The notes under the pieces: generated by a model
Seen by the model: the letters and a program-made list of their open reading frames with translations, nothing else
The model's database searches: none
What the model was told of the DNA's origin: nothing
Program-made: the position numbers and the translations under genes
Assembly (NCBI RefSeq): GCF_037042905.1
Contig: NC_087245.1
Span: forward strand, 41,604,001 to 41,668,000
Length of the DNA stretch: 64,000 nt
Direction: 5' to 3'
Source of the DNA: Lytechinus pictus
Lineage: Eukaryota
Shown here: positions 12,280 through 25,551 of the stretch, piece after piece
Numbering within the stretch: the stretch's first letter is position 1
Layout: each line of letters starts with the position of its first letter

Positions 12280-15200
12280 GTATAGGTAGACCTACTCAGT
12301 AATGATACGGATTCATTTTCTTTTAGGGGCGCCTTACAAAACTCAAACGGGCGAGTTGGAGATGGGATTGGGGGTTTCCTCCCTTTTAAATTCCAGTAAC
12401 TTATCAGGGCGCCGTTTTAAAAAGAGTCATGGCTTACAATTATTGTAACTTTGCCGCGGCCATTCAGTATGGCAACCGACTATACCATGGTAACATACAG
12501 GCCTTAGCAGCCAACCACAGTGAAAGTTTCCATGGTAGTTCCAATATATGGCAATTTAACCATAGGTGTATCTTTATTTAAACAGGCCTCTACATGTCCC
12601 TCTTGGCCTGGGAAGAGGCGATGCTGGTGGTGCAGAAGCACCCCCCCAATATTTTTCTAAGGGTACTGCGTATGTTTTACATTGTAAGCAGCACCCCTAG
12701 AAATCAGGTTATTCTTAAAAGTAGAAATTCAACCAAAATGACCTTCATAACATTGGAGCGAAAACCCCCCCCCCCCCTTTTTTTTGGGGGGGGGCGGGCT
12801 CGTCAATTTTTTCTGACCAATATGACCTTCATTTGGAAGCGAAAACCTTATTTTGGGGGCTTGTCATTATTTCTCTCCAAACCAGCAATATTCATTACAT
12901 CATCTTAAAAATCGTTCACAGGGCCCAGTGCAGGAGGCCCTACTGAACTATTGAAAAAAAAAGTTTTTATTATTGTTTTTCTATCAATTCAAATTCATAC
13001 ATACAGTTTATAAGGTAATAATAAATTGTAAAATATAATTCGGACCAATTACTTGAACTCATTTATAACTATGGTGGTGCAACAAAATATGACCACCTAA
13101 GAATCTGGTTTGTCTAAAGCCTGAGATAGAGGCAACCCCAAATATCTGTTACTGGAAGACAAATTGGCAGCCTCCATGTAAAAAGTTAAATGAACGAATT
13201 TGGTCAAAAATGTAGGTGGTTTTTGTGATTTGGGGGGATTTTGGTGTACAGGAGTACTTCCTGCATGGCATTTAAATTGAAGTTCCTGGAGTGGGCACTT
13301 TTTTGGACACTCGGAACTTCTGGTCAGGAAATAGTCCTAATTAAATCCAATTGAAAATCTGTGGACAATCATGGACTCAAAGGTCTATTGCCAATCTTTG
13401 GCAACAAATAGGAAAATGTTTGTAAAAAAAAGAAAGATTCCAGGGATTGTGTTAAAGCCCGGTGAAATTAAAATCTTCCTAATCTTCTGGAAAGATAGAG
13501 GGTTCGTAGTTTGAAGATCATTGAAAAATGTGGTAGTAACAGTTTAAAGTAGATCTAGGTAAGTTCATTGTAATATATAAGTGTTTGTTATTTTTAAACC
13601 AAAATGTAAGTTTTTTGTAGTTTTTATTGATATTTTGCTCTTAAAATGTAAAATATACATCCACCTGGTCATCTTTCGTTGCACCACCCTATACATAATA
13701 ATGTAATATTATTTAAAGAAACCGTATCGTAAAGAATTATCACAATTAATGAATCACAAATATCAGAGAAAAAAAAACCCTTAGATGGAGGATAATGTGG
13801 AGGCAATGGACCACTGGCGGATTCAGGGGGGGGGGCACAGCCGACCCGTGCCCCCTTTTGAGAAGCAAAATTAAATTTGTAATTTAAAATACCGTTAAAA
13901 CAGAAATGTGCCCCCCCCCCCTTTGAAAGTGAAGACATTTGTTTTTGCTTGTTAATTTTTTTCGGGGACGCAATATCCTTACATTTTGGTTAAAACCCTT
14001 TATCTTTTTTTTTACTTGTCAAATTTTCCTTGGAAGAAATGTGCCCCCTCTTTGGAAAATCATGGATCCTCTGCTGCGATGGGCCCCCATATTTTCATGA
14101 CCGAGAAAAAAACAAATCAATTAAAACATTCGATCTTAATTTTTAAGAAGGTTGACATTTTTGCTCATTTGTTTTGTGCTAACTCAATTTTTATTGCTCA
14201 TTAGGCCTATTCAAATTATCTCCAACAAAAATAACAAATTTAGAGGGACGTCGGTCTTGTCATCAACTCACTGTATTTCGATTGATTTCAAGAAATACAA
14301 TCAATTTTCACTTATGAGCAAGCGGAAAGAGACTCTTAAAAAATGTTGGATAAAAGAGGAAACGAAAGCGAAACTATATTATTTGGTCCATAAGCCATTA
14401 GGGAGACAATTTCCATAGGAACTCGATGAGTTCGCATGGCCAGCAAGGTTCTTATAGCCGGGCTTATAGCTAGAGTTAATTGGGAATAAGTCTGATGTAG
14501 GAACTGTATACTTGGATATCCCATAAGTGACTTGCCTCTAATAAGATTCATACTAATTATGGTTCTCTTTGAAAGAATTTCCTTCCTCTTTCAATTTCGT
14601 ACATTTTACTGTCGAATTTAAGGTGAGTCTTATTTCGAATTCGTATATAATATAGGTTATAACATGCACGCCTTATCTTTTCTAAGTCTGTTTGTCGTAC
14701 ACTTTTTGTATAGGTTTCTTTCTGCAAAGACTTGCAGTTACAGGCATAGGCACCACATTTTTTCCTTTGTTTTTTCATTGTTTGTACATAATAATAGAGC
14801 TAATGATAATCATAATAATATGATCATAATGATAATGATGATGATGATTATTATTATTATTTATTTGACCAAAAAAAGAGCAAATACAATACATCAGAAA
14901 ACAATTACAATTTTACAAACATGCAAAGAAATGTTGGACCGGCAAGTGGGTCAGGGGGTGCAAAAGTGAAATTCAGCACTGTTGCCCGGAGGCATGTGCC
15001 CCCACACATGCCCCTCCCATGACATAAATCAAGTATTATAAGCTCTTGCAAAAATATTGCACATTAAAAAAGTGATGATGATAATGATAATGATGATAAT
15101 AATAATGATAATAATAGTAATATTAATAATGATAATAATAATAATAATAATAATAATAATTTTGATAAAAAACCAACAATTGTAAATTTCTACCTACATT

Positions 15201-15982
15201 GGGGCTGAACAGAGTAAGGTCCTTCTCGGAGAGTGAAAATCTAAAAGAGCAATTTCGTCCTTGATTAAAGAACAATGCAATGCGCTTTGGATCTTGAATG
15301 AAATAGAATATGATATACAGCATTATGATGCTGATATTCTGGTTCTTCGATTTTCGACAAAGGGGATAATGCTGGCATGCATTGTTCCCTTATTGCTGAC
15401 CGATAATAACCCCGCATGTCAAAAGACTCCAGTGAAGCTAATAACATACATGATTTCAGTCATTCTATTCAGATTGATCAGCCGTTTGTTATTCATCTGT
15501 TGTGTGGTGTACTGCATACTGCATAAGAGAATGCGTAAAGGGTACCGAAGGTAAAAGTCGGCGCCATCTTGATCAGAGTTGATAATCACACGATTATAGA
15601 GGAGGACATTAATTATTTCTCTTAGGAACAAACGACATTTTTTTTCTTCTGTTGAGCAGAGTTCCCGAGACTTGCAGATTCCAGCATAACCCGGGTGAGC
15701 AATATATTGTGATTAAAAGAAAATATACTAGAAAAGAATGTATAGCCTATATGGTTATGCGGACACTATAACAGTATATTTACAGGTCGTACAGTTGATA
15801 AGTAGGCCTATAGATAAACGAATTAAATCAATTTTAATATTATCTCTCTCTCTCCCTCTTTCTAGACACATAACTCGTATAGGTTTTGTCACACTAACAC
15901 AATCACACACACCCCGCCCACCCTCTTACAATATATATATATATTATATATGTATATATATAAATAAATGAATTAATAAATA

Positions 15983-16020
<38 letters not shown>

Positions 16021-16282
16021 TATTTATTTATTCATTTATTTATTTTTATCCTGCTCATCACCCTGGAAGAGACCCTTCCAAGAGCTTCATTTTTTTATTT
16101 GCTGAGATGAATATGTATTATTTCTAAGCTGAACCTATTAATCTTGGCCAAGGCCAGAAAGCTTCGAGAAACTGTCTGTGCATGGGCAACGAGGTCGGTC
16201 CAATTTCCAATTCACCTAATTTAGTCGTCTCATTTTACTGTTGACATCATCCATGCAGTTCACCCAACATAGGTGACCAAAC

Positions 16283-16324
16283 ATGGCTGAGGATCCGGCC
16301 AGGACGCCTGTAGATCAGACAAAG
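16283..16324 (+). CDS. LRR-like/ZU5/UPA/death-domain protein, putative coding exon 1
   Basis: catAG acceptor at 16271-16272; AACATGG start context; MAEDPARTPVDQTK|GTATAT, phase 0. Confidence 0.5.
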
Positions 16325-17067
16325 GTATATGATAAATGAATTACAAAGAGGATCTCACTAATGATTTTTTTAAAGTAAAAAAAAAGGAAGGAAGGAAGAC
16401 GAAAGAAGATTTTCACAAAGAGAGGTCAGGGACTGTGTAACTCCATATTTCACACAAAACTGTTCTAGGAATGTACCCATGAACTAGCCCCCAAATGACC
16501 CACAAAATTGAACAGCCATTATGTGACCTATGTGCATCACAAATTATTTGTATCATGTCATTTAAGAATGTGTCATGAGACAATAAAGACAAATTAAATA
16601 TGCAGTTTGACTCACCTTTTTTTTTGTATCATAAGGGGCCGGGGGGGGGGGGGTAACCTGGGGGAAAATGATAACTCACGTGTCACTTAACCTTAAAAAG
16701 TTTTCTGTGTACCTCTGTATTACGATTGAGAAAAGAAAAGTCACATATCGTCGCTGTCCTTAGAACTACAAGGGAGTTCATGCAGAATCGAGGACTTAAT
16801 TTTCATTAAAAAAAAATAGATTTAAGCAATGCATTTATCCACTAATGACGTCGAACATGATTTATGTTTAAACACGACTCAAAATATAATTACAAGTGAA
16901 ACTTGAATTTAAAGTAAGGTTTTGACGTAATGTCGTAAACAAAAAATTAACGTAATGATTTTTGTGTGTGTGTGAGTGTGCTATTCTACCAATCCTTGAT
17001 GTAATATATTGTAGATTATTTTTGAGTAGTAATCAATCTGTAATGCTTCCTATTTCACTCCTTCCAG

Positions 17068-17155
17068 AATTTAGAGGAGACTTTACTTCGCACAAAAAGA
17101 CTGCTCGTTTACAATCACCGCTTTTATCAGAGATACGACTGGCATGGACAAGGGG
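17068..17155 (+). CDS. LRR-like/ZU5/UPA/DD protein, exon 2
   Basis: Polypyrimidine ccttccAG|NLEETLLRTKRLLVYNHRFYQRYDWHGQG+G|GTATGT; phase 0 to 1 links exon 1 to the large exon. Confidence 0.6.
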
Positions 17156-18256
17156 GTATGTAACAATAATTGGTTATTGCTTACATTATATTTACTTCAG
17201 ACAAATATTCCAAGATAAAATAATACGACTCATACAATGTGTTGAAACATTTTTGAAAGGCGTTCTAAGATCGAATGAAATAATTTTAAATATGGATAAA
17301 GATGCATGAAAGTCCATGTATATATTTTCTTTCAGTCTGACAAGGCGACTAGCTGAAATGACTCTATATTTTCAGCTCGAGTAACTATATACTCATTACT
17401 CCTGAAAGAATGCTTCTTCTATATCAAAGTTGAAAAAACGCGATGTGTATTATATCTTATTTGTGTTTAAAAGTAAATTTACTGTTGGTAATTCACGTTC
17501 CAAAAATATTTAAATGAATTTAATTGCAACAGTATATCAATTAGTGATCTATGACTTAATGGTTGCTTTGGAATTTTCATGCAACCCGGCCAGCAAAATG
17601 TACTTAATGGCTTTTTTGCCCCAAATATCATTCCCTCAATGTAGTTTTCTCTTAGCCATACACGAGCTCAGTAGGAAGGACTGCGTGTTGGTATATAGCC
17701 TGGCTATGGATGGTCATATGTTGTTATAGATGATTTAAAGCTAGGAAAAGAATATGATGGGCAGACTTCGTTTAAAAGCCCTACACTTCCATTGTCGGCA
17801 TGTGATATATAGGCAGACGACGAGTTTAAACATTATTGTCCAATGTAGCTTTCTAGGGTATATAGATAATCGACGATTTACAGATTACGGCATTTAAATG
17901 GGAACTCGGTTCAAAGATCCGAGAAGATTTGCACAAAATAGTCCAATAAAAAATAACATAGCATATTGAAGTTTGCAGCTAAAACAAACCAAGCAAACGA
18001 GACCCTGTTCAAAGAGTTGGTAATGATATCGCAAGCCCATTTTTTGGATTATTTCCTCTTTTTACATGATAATTTGTACAAAGATTCATACAGCTCTAAC
18101 ACACATCACACACACACTGACACGCGCCTATCACAACAAACCATCCGTCTTATACGCACACATTTTATTTCTCTCTCTCACCCACACACCCTTCCTCCGA
18201 CATCCTCCAATATTTTACACACCCTCACTCACACACGTACAACATAACTCACTTAA

Positions 18257-18846
18257 AGGTCAAGTCCACCACGGAAAATGTTGATTTGAATAAATAGACA
18301 AACATCAAACTAGCATAACGCTGAAAATTTCATCAAAATCGGATGTAAAATAAGAAAGTTATGACATTTTAAAGTTTCGCTTATTTTTCACAAAACAGTG
18401 ATATGAACAACTCAAATGAGACAGTCGATGATGTCCCTCACTCATTATTTCTTTTGTTTTGTATTGTCCGAATTACACAATATTTCATTTTTTAAATTAA
18501 TTTGACAATAAGGACCAACTTGTCTGAACCATAGAGTATTAAACAATGCTAATTCCACATGTTCATGGAGGAATTAAACGTTGTTTCACTTGATAATGAG
18601 GAGAAAATTAGAATATTTCATATTTCATAATAATAGAATACAAAAGAAATAGTGAGTGGATGACGTCATCAGTCTCCTCATTTGCATACCGACCAGGATG
18701 TGCATAAAACTGTGAAATTAAGCGAAACTTCAAAATGTCATAACTTTCTTATTTTACATCCGATTTTGATGAGATTTTCAGTGTAATGCTTGTTGGATTT
18801 TTCTCTTTTTATTTGAATAAATTTTTGGTTGGGATGGACTTGTCCT
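18257..18846. mobile_element. TTAA-flanked ~600-bp MITE (same family as 8295-8897, opposite orientation)
   Basis: TTAA|AGGTCAAGTCCACC...GGACTTGTCCT|TTAA. Confidence 0.85.
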
Positions 18847-19067
18847 TTAACAACAGAAACAGGCATGCCATACACCCTTAAAAATACGCAATCACACATC
18901 ACAGCTAGTATCTTCCTAATGTATTTTACATACAAACAACCTCACACACATCCACACCCGCACACAAATGCACATCAACTTTATAAGTAAGAACAACATA
19001 CCTTACAACTGACATGTTTCTCGAGGGCTAGACTTAATGTTCAACCTCTTTCATGTGTTTTTTCAAG

Positions 19068-20186
19068 TCATGAAATCTGGACAGAAAACCCGTTTGAGGG
19101 GTGATGCTGGACTAGAGGTTCAAGTACAGGAGTGGATGAGCGTCGATGAGGAGACTCGTATTGCATTAATGGATGATCTGGAGATGCCCTTCGAGAACAT
19201 CATTACCATTCTGGCTCAACTGTGCCCAGAAGTGAAGCATATCAGCATTGACAGCGACGACTTAATCGTACATCAAGATAGATCCAATGTCAAACCGATG
19301 AAGTCGGCTCTCACCATTTGCTTGGAGTACCATGATGGTGATTCGCTTGAAGATGCACTGTTGGCTATTGGTGATTGTTTCCCAAATGCAGAGAGGCTAG
19401 ATCTGCGATGTGAAGATGTAGATTTCCCGCCCACCGATGAGCAAGACAATGACATCACTCCGTTGTCTTCTTTGAGAGAGTGTAGAATAAGAGTCTGGAA
19501 GACATATCATCTCGACAGGTTCCTCTTTTTCCTTAGTTCTTTCTGTCCGGATATTGTATCACTCGTTTTATCTACGCCTAGACGTTTGATATCTCGAAAG
19601 TCAACTAAAGACATTTCATCGTGCAAATTTCCTCATCTGACCAACATTCGCCTTGAACCCTTTGCAGATTATGATTTCTACATACTTGAATCATTAACGA
19701 ATGTACTGCACGTGGGTGATGTAATGAGTCCACTCTTTAACTCTGTTGAAGCCAAAAAGGTGCAGCTTGGAGGTGTAGAACTGACCGCCGTTAGATGGTA
19801 CCGTACATCTTCATCTTGTGAGCTGCAACTTGAAGGGGCAAGTGGAGTCGTACCTATGGCCGACATGATGCATCTATTGTTCAACGAATTCAAAGGAATT
19901 ACCGTCCTGACATTTGACAGATGTGATCTTGACTTGTCTTCATCTGAAGCACGTCCGCTTCGCGCTGGAGGCACGTCTCTTCGGGAAATCAAGTTTGTAC
20001 ATATGGAACACTGGCTGTCGCAATCGGACACAGACACGCTTTCGGAGACGTTTCCCAATGTCAAGATCACAACAAAGCATGCAAGTCAGGATTTGTTAGC
20101 AGGATCTAAGCAGGGTACAAGGGTGTCTTCCGAGTTGAGGGAAAGGACCTTTGCTCCATCAACATCAGCGCAGGCTTGTTCTGAAG
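19068..20186 (+). CDS. LRR-like/ZU5/UPA/DD protein, exon 3 (large exon, degenerate leucine-rich-repeat-like solenoid)
   Basis: 1119-bp open exon, tttcaAG acceptor and G|GTGAGT donor. Recurring [LF]P.L..L.L units: LCPEVKHISI, CFPNAERLDL, LSSLRECRI, FCPDIVSLVL, KFPHLTNIRL, FKGITVLTF, SLREIKF. Confidence 0.85.
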
Positions 20187-20577
20187 GTGAGTTAGTTATA
20201 TACGTAATTTATATTTACATTATATTAATCATTCACAATGTATTTCTGAAACTGTTTGAATTGAGGTTTATTGATAATAAGCTCTATATTCGCATTTTGT
20301 TAGTTTCCATGTTATATGTGGTTCGGTGGTATTGGGCTTAACCCCTCTCAAGTATATGAATTCACATTGTGATAGTATCAAGTAATATTCCGTTTCTCAT
20401 ACACTACTTAACACACCATACATTACTTTGAAAATCACTTGTGATTTAGTATGTTGGCTTTGATGAGGCTCATTTGAATAAATGACATTATTACCATCTT
20501 TATCATTCATATAATTTTATATGATTTTGATAATCATCATTATCTTCATTATTTTATCTCTTCATACCATTTTCATC

Positions 20578-20643
20578 ATTATCATTACGATTATCAATGA
20601 TGGCACCACCACCACCATCATCTTCATCATCATCATCTTCTTC

Positions 20644-20695
<52 letters not shown>

Positions 20696-20768
20696 CCATC
20701 ATCACCATCATTTAACCAATGTCATTTCCATCATCATCATCATCATCACCATCATCATCGTAATCATG
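20578..20768. repeat. (CAT)n/(CAC)n microsatellite
   Basis: Directly visible trinucleotide run. Confidence 0.9.
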
Positions 20769-20854
20769 TTTGTATCATACATAGTTTTGTTTTTTAATAA
20801 AACAATTATATCAAATTTTAACAAGATATTATTTGTTCTTTATAATAATCATAG

Positions 20855-20989
20855 AAGACCTTGTAGGTGCAGCTGCAGTGGTCAAAGTTCATGAACAGAC
20901 CGACGTCCAGATCCCTGAAGTGGGAAAAAAAAGGGTTGTGGAAGGAGAGGAATGTGACATGCCACAGGAAAGCCTGTCCCATGCAACAG
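20855..20989 (+). CDS. LRR-like/ZU5/UPA/DD protein, exon 4 (linker)
   Basis: catAG|..DLVGAAAVVKVHEQTDVQIPEVGKKRVVEGEECDMPQESLSHAT+G|GTTAAT; symmetric phase 1-1, 135 bp. Confidence 0.7.
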
Positions 20990-21018
20990 GTTAATGTCCC
21001 TTTCGGTCATATAATTAT

Positions 21019-21620
21019 AGGACAAGTCCACTCTAACAAAAAGCTGATTTGAATAGAAAGAGAAAAATCAAACAAGCATAACACTGAAAATTTCATAAAA
21101 ATCGGATGTAAAATAAGAAAGTTATAACATTTTAAAGTTTCGCTTAATTTCTCAAAACAGTTATATGCACATCCTGTTCAGTATGCAAATGAGGGGACCG
21201 ATGACATCACCCACTCACTATTTATTTTGTATTTTATTATATGAAATGTGAAATATTTCGATTTTCCGTCATTGTCATATGAAACAGAGTTTCATTCCTC
21301 CCTGAACACGTAGAATTCCATTACTTCAACATTTTGTGGTTCAAGCAAGGGGGTCCTAATTTTCGAATTCGTAAAAATTGAAATATTTGAAAATTCAAAC
21401 AATAAAAAACAAGAGAAAAAGTGAGTGAGTGACATCATCAACTCTCTCATTTACATATCACTGAAGTGAGCATAGAACTGTTTTGTGAAAAATAAGCGAA
21501 ACTTTATAATGTCATAACATTCTTATTTTACATCCGATTTTGATGAAGTTTTCAGCGTTATTCATGTTTGATTTTTCGCTATTTATTTAAATCAATTTTT
21601 TTCTGGGGTGAACTTGACCT
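21019..21620. mobile_element. TTAA-family ~600-bp MITE copy
   Basis: AGGACAAGTCCAC...GTGAACTTGACCT|TTAA; collinear with 8295-8897. Confidence 0.8.
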
Positions 21621-22388
21621 TTAAATTTAATTTGAGCGAATATACACAAACCTGTAGCCGATCGAACCTCCTAAATTTCCCAAATCAATTTTTTCTTGGA
21701 CGAAATACCTAACAATTTTTTTACTTATGACCAAATTTTTTTCTAGTAAAGGATGAGTAGGAATCGAACCCCTACAAGAAAGCCCTGCATAGCTACGGGG
21801 CTGATAAGTTATGAGAAAGGAATATCTCGATCTGGTGTTAGTTTTCAAAAAAATGATTATTATTTCTCCGACGTGTGGAAACAGCTTTCATGGGGTTGTT
21901 TTCATCATCAATCTCAAAGAAGTTGTTTAGGTCAATTTGATCAAGTCCTTTTTAAATTTTGTATATTTGGATCAGTTCAGCTCTTTGTCTTCTATTATGA
22001 TAGAGTAGGTAGTTTTAAAGCCTTCAGCCTTTCATGATAGTCTATATGACGTCGGTCCCATGTTTCTGTTAGCAGAATGTGGTAATGTACGTAACCCAAA
22101 TTCAGGGAATGTTTTCACAATATTGGAAGTACCTCTTTTGGATGTAGATGGAATTCACATCCATTGATAAGAACGTGTAAATCCTGGGGCCCGTAACACG
22201 GAACTTAGCAATAATCGTAGAACGTTTTTCTACAATTGATTCCATTCGGGCATTGACTACAATGTACAAGCAATTGTGAAAATCAAGCGTACGATCAATC
22301 GCTAACCTTTGTGTTACGGGAACCTGTAAAAACATGGAAACTTAAAAAAAAATAGTTGGACAAACTCATATCATCATTTTTTTTATAG

Positions 22389-22745
22389 GAAAAGATGATT
22401 TACCGCGAGGTAGTACCAAAGCAATCAAACTGGAATGTATCAAGAGAGTTGGAAGTGAAGGTGGCAAACTTCAGCTAGAGTCATTTGGAATTGAGCTTGA
22501 GATACCTCCTGGTGCAATCGACAGCAAAGAGACAAGGGAACTTCTTCTTCGTGTGCTGCCAGACACTCCTAATCTTGGTGACAGCGAAGAGGAGGTGTCA
22601 GTCTGCTTTGGTGTACAGTGTTTAGCACCTGGCGACCTAGTCCTGAGGTTACCCGTGACTTACACCATACCTCACTGTGCGATGGCTGCACAAACCTCGA
22701 GTCTTGAGGCAGTATTGTACACAGGAGAGGGAGAATACACATTCA
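22389..22745 (+). CDS. LRR-like/ZU5/UPA/DD protein, exon 5 (ZU5 domain)
   Basis: VGSEGGKLQLESFGIELEIPPGAI...VQCLAPGDLVLRLPVTYTIPHCA matches the ZU5 signature (GG.L....G..L.IP.GA; PV...IPHCA); phase 1-1, AG/GTAAG. Confidence 0.9.
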
Positions 22746-23242
22746 GTAAGAACTTGTAGTCCTTTATTTCAGGTTATTATTACTGTTGTCATTATCATCA
22801 TTGATAATAATTATAATGATTATTAATACTTATTATGAACTATATTATGATGATTATCATTATTATTATTATTATTATTCATTATTATCATCAATATTTA
22901 TTATTTCTATCATTATCATTATTATTATTGTTATCAGTAGTAGTATTAGTAGTAGCAGCATATAGAGGTAATGTGTAAGACTTGCGTACAGATCCACATA
23001 CAATTAATTATATAAGTCTATGATAAGACGTCGGTGTTTTTATTTTATTTATTTATTTATTTATTCTTTTTTTTTTTTGGGGGGGGATCCCACAAGCTTT
23101 CAATCGCTCATCCCTACCTCCTATCAAAAGAAAGACATTCATGACTTCGATCATCCAGACGCCTTTGCCGTTTCCTGTCACAGAATTACTTCAACAAGTA
23201 TCAGAATGTCTTTATTCTGACGTTGTTTTTTCATCAATGCAG

Positions 23243-23481
23243 ATGCAGTTATTAAGGAGCGAATTATGTTGCCGAGGTCTGGAGTACCAAGCTGTAACAT
23301 CATTAAGGATGTACTCACACTCAAGATGGACCACTTTTCTTGGGCAAAGATTATGATCAAGATGAATAATTTATCCTTCCGCGGAAAGCAGATGCGCTGT
23401 CGGCCATTTAGAGAGAAAAAACTCACTTGGAAGGTCATCTTACACACCCACCTTTATAGAAAGGTGAAAGGGAACAAGGAG
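23243..23481 (+). CDS. LRR-like/ZU5/UPA/DD protein, exon 6 (ZU5 C-terminus with HFSW, start of UPA)
   Basis: gcAG|..AVIKERIMLPRSGVPSCNIIKDVLTLKMDHFSWAKIMIK...KGNKE|GTAAGC; phase 1 to 0. An alternative in-frame acceptor lies 6 nt downstream. Confidence 0.85.
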
Positions 23482-23718
23482 GTAAGCGACAGTGATGTAT
23501 AGTCGAGGCCGACTTGAGGCCGCATTTTGCCGGCCTTGGTCTTGGACCGAATAACAAAGTATATGCTGGAGTCTCGACTACATCCCTGCTTGTCTAAATA
23601 TAACTGTTCTTTAAAACAAAACAAATTGACAAAAAAAAAACGTAGACCGATTAAAATTCTTTTAAGCAATTTACTTATGGTAGCATAGCATACATACACA
23701 CACACACACACACACACC

Positions 23719-23767
<49 letters not shown>

Positions 23768-24015
23768 ATATATATATACATATATATATATGAGAAATTA
23801 CAACAGCTTTGGCAATACATTTTATTTAAATATATTGTGAAAGAAATGAATGAAGTGAACAATGGTAGGCGTAGCTTAAACAATTCAATTCAAATTCAAT
23901 TCAAATTTATTTATTTCACTTCCATCAATTGTACAATTGTTACAAACCGAAGTTCCCCAGAGCTATCTCACTATATATATATATTATTATTATTATTATT
24001 AATATTTTTATGGTA

Positions 24016-24054
24016 TCCCTGACGAAGACGTGAGGTTTACGTCGAAAATTTGGA
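24016..24054 (+). ncRNA. Minimal type I hammerhead ribozyme motif
   Basis: TCC-CTGACGA-A-GACGT(gaggttt)ACGTC-GAAA-ATT-T-GGA: intact core boxes, 5-bp stem II, palindromic AATT mini stem III, 3-bp stem I. Confidence 0.55.
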
Positions 24055-24123
24055 CTTGGAAATTTGTAAACTTTGTTGGAACTACAATGCATTACCTCTT
24101 TGTATATATATATGTACTTCAGA

Positions 24124-24160
24124 TACCTGAAGAAGGCCCAATTATGGCCGAAAGCTTGTG
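24124..24160 (+). ncRNA. Minimal type I hammerhead ribozyme motif
   Basis: TAC-CTGAAGA-A-GGCC(caattat)GGCC-GAAA-GCT-T-GTG: intact core, 4-bp stem II, AGCT palindrome. Confidence 0.55.
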
Positions 24161-24356
24161 ATTAAACTTGATGAACTGAACCCCGACTACATCTTATTGC
24201 TCATTCTCGCTGTATTTATAGCATCCTCTCAAATATATACTGTAGAAAGCACCCTCGCAATGTATAGGTCCCTGCTTCTCACAATATATTTCTTACCTGT
24301 GTATTTTGCTTGTGTACTTACATTATATTCGCAATGTATCTTTTTATTTGTAAAAG

Positions 24357-24485
24357 TTGTTAGAAATGGAAGAAGAGAAACAAGGATTCGTACCTGCTCA
24401 TGTGGAACAACCGGTCTATATAATGGTCGCAGGGGTTGGTCTCAAAATGCAATGCAATGCCGAATGCAAGAAAATGGCAGAATGT
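24357..24485 (+). CDS. LRR-like/ZU5/UPA/DD protein, exon 7 (UPA-like)
   Basis: aaAG|LLEMEEEKQGFVPAHVEQPVYIMVAGVGLKMQCNAECKKMAEC|GTACG; phase 0-0, 129 bp. Confidence 0.72.
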
Positions 24486-25382
24486 GTACGTCTTTGGTGA
24501 TTACTTTCTTTTAAATTCTTTACTTTATAATTTTGGTAAAATTTGATCTTTGTATGACAACTAAATGTCACAATTTCAATCTCATCACACGGATTCTGTC
24601 AACCCAAATGCAAATAAGAAAGTATTGGATATTGGATTATGTGCGATTTGGCTTTTTGTTTCGAATTTATCGAATTTATTCATGAATATTCATGTTCCAT
24701 TCAGACAATGTAAGCTTTAATTCTGAAGATTATATGACACGATATAAATAACTTTATGAACAAATGAATGTATAGATATAAGAAAATAAAACACCATGAA
24801 ATTCAAAATGAGAAAAAAACAATCAAAATGCAGAGTGAATAATAATGTGTGAAAGAAGTGTTTCTTTTTTTCTTCATTCATCTTTAATGCAATGAATCTC
24901 AAAGAAAATAAACTGATGATTAAAATGAATGAGATATTGTCACATTACCAGCAAATCAAAAGGCTGCAGAAGAAAAATTAATGTATTGTACGAAACTGTA
25001 TTATTATTATTAATATTATTATTGTTACTATCACCAATGTCATTATTATTACTATTATGATTAACTTTATCATTAGTCTTTGTCGACTTCATTTGCATCT
25101 ATATTTTATAGTTGTTTATATTATGTATAAAATGTATAAAAAATATTTATCTCCAAAGGAACTGTTGCTGCGCTAGCGCCATGAGCGTCTCTTGGCGGTG
25201 TGTGCGCTCAAGACATCACTATTATTATTATTATTATTGTCATGATTATTACTATTACAATTATCAACATTATTATCGTTATTATCATTATTGTTATATA
25301 TTATTGATAACACAATAAGTATTCACTTACTGTATTGAGAGTGATCAATCATGATATCATAAATTGCATTTCTCTATATCAG

Positions 25383-25551
25383 GTTGTATCTTACAAAAGA
25401 CTAAGATGCGGAGGTAGAATCTGTGTGCCGTTTGAATTATATTTCCCCAGTCATCCAGACAGTGTTGCATTGTCACTTAAAGTAGGGCAGAGTGAAGAAC
25501 TAGAGGAAACTTTCATCTTCCCCTTGGATTTCACGGCTCCACAAGATAAAG
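25383..25551 (+). CDS. LRR-like/ZU5/UPA/DD protein, exon 8 (UPA-like)
   Basis: atcAG|VVSYKRLRCGGRICVPFELYFPSHPDSVALSLKVGQSEELEETFIFPLDFTAPQDK+G|GTATG; phase 0 to 1. Confidence 0.78.

Noticed and set aside
14300..14560. Possible DIRS/Ngaro-like terminal fragment
   Set aside because: Impression only; no coding motif or terminal repeat pair in the window to support it.
16100..16170. Fourth hammerhead-like GGCC..GGCC AGAAAGCTT sequence
   Set aside because: No correctly spaced CUGANGA box.
19037..20341. 434-aa single-exon gene as given in the ORF track
   Set aside because: The ends are intronic read-through. Splice sites delimit 19068-20186, and the hydrophobic C-terminal tail is intron sequence, not a TM helix.
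20521..20797. Poly-Ile/Ser/His ORFs
   Set aside because: Translations of a (CAT)n microsatellite; the same applies to 44646-45105 and 25112-25318.
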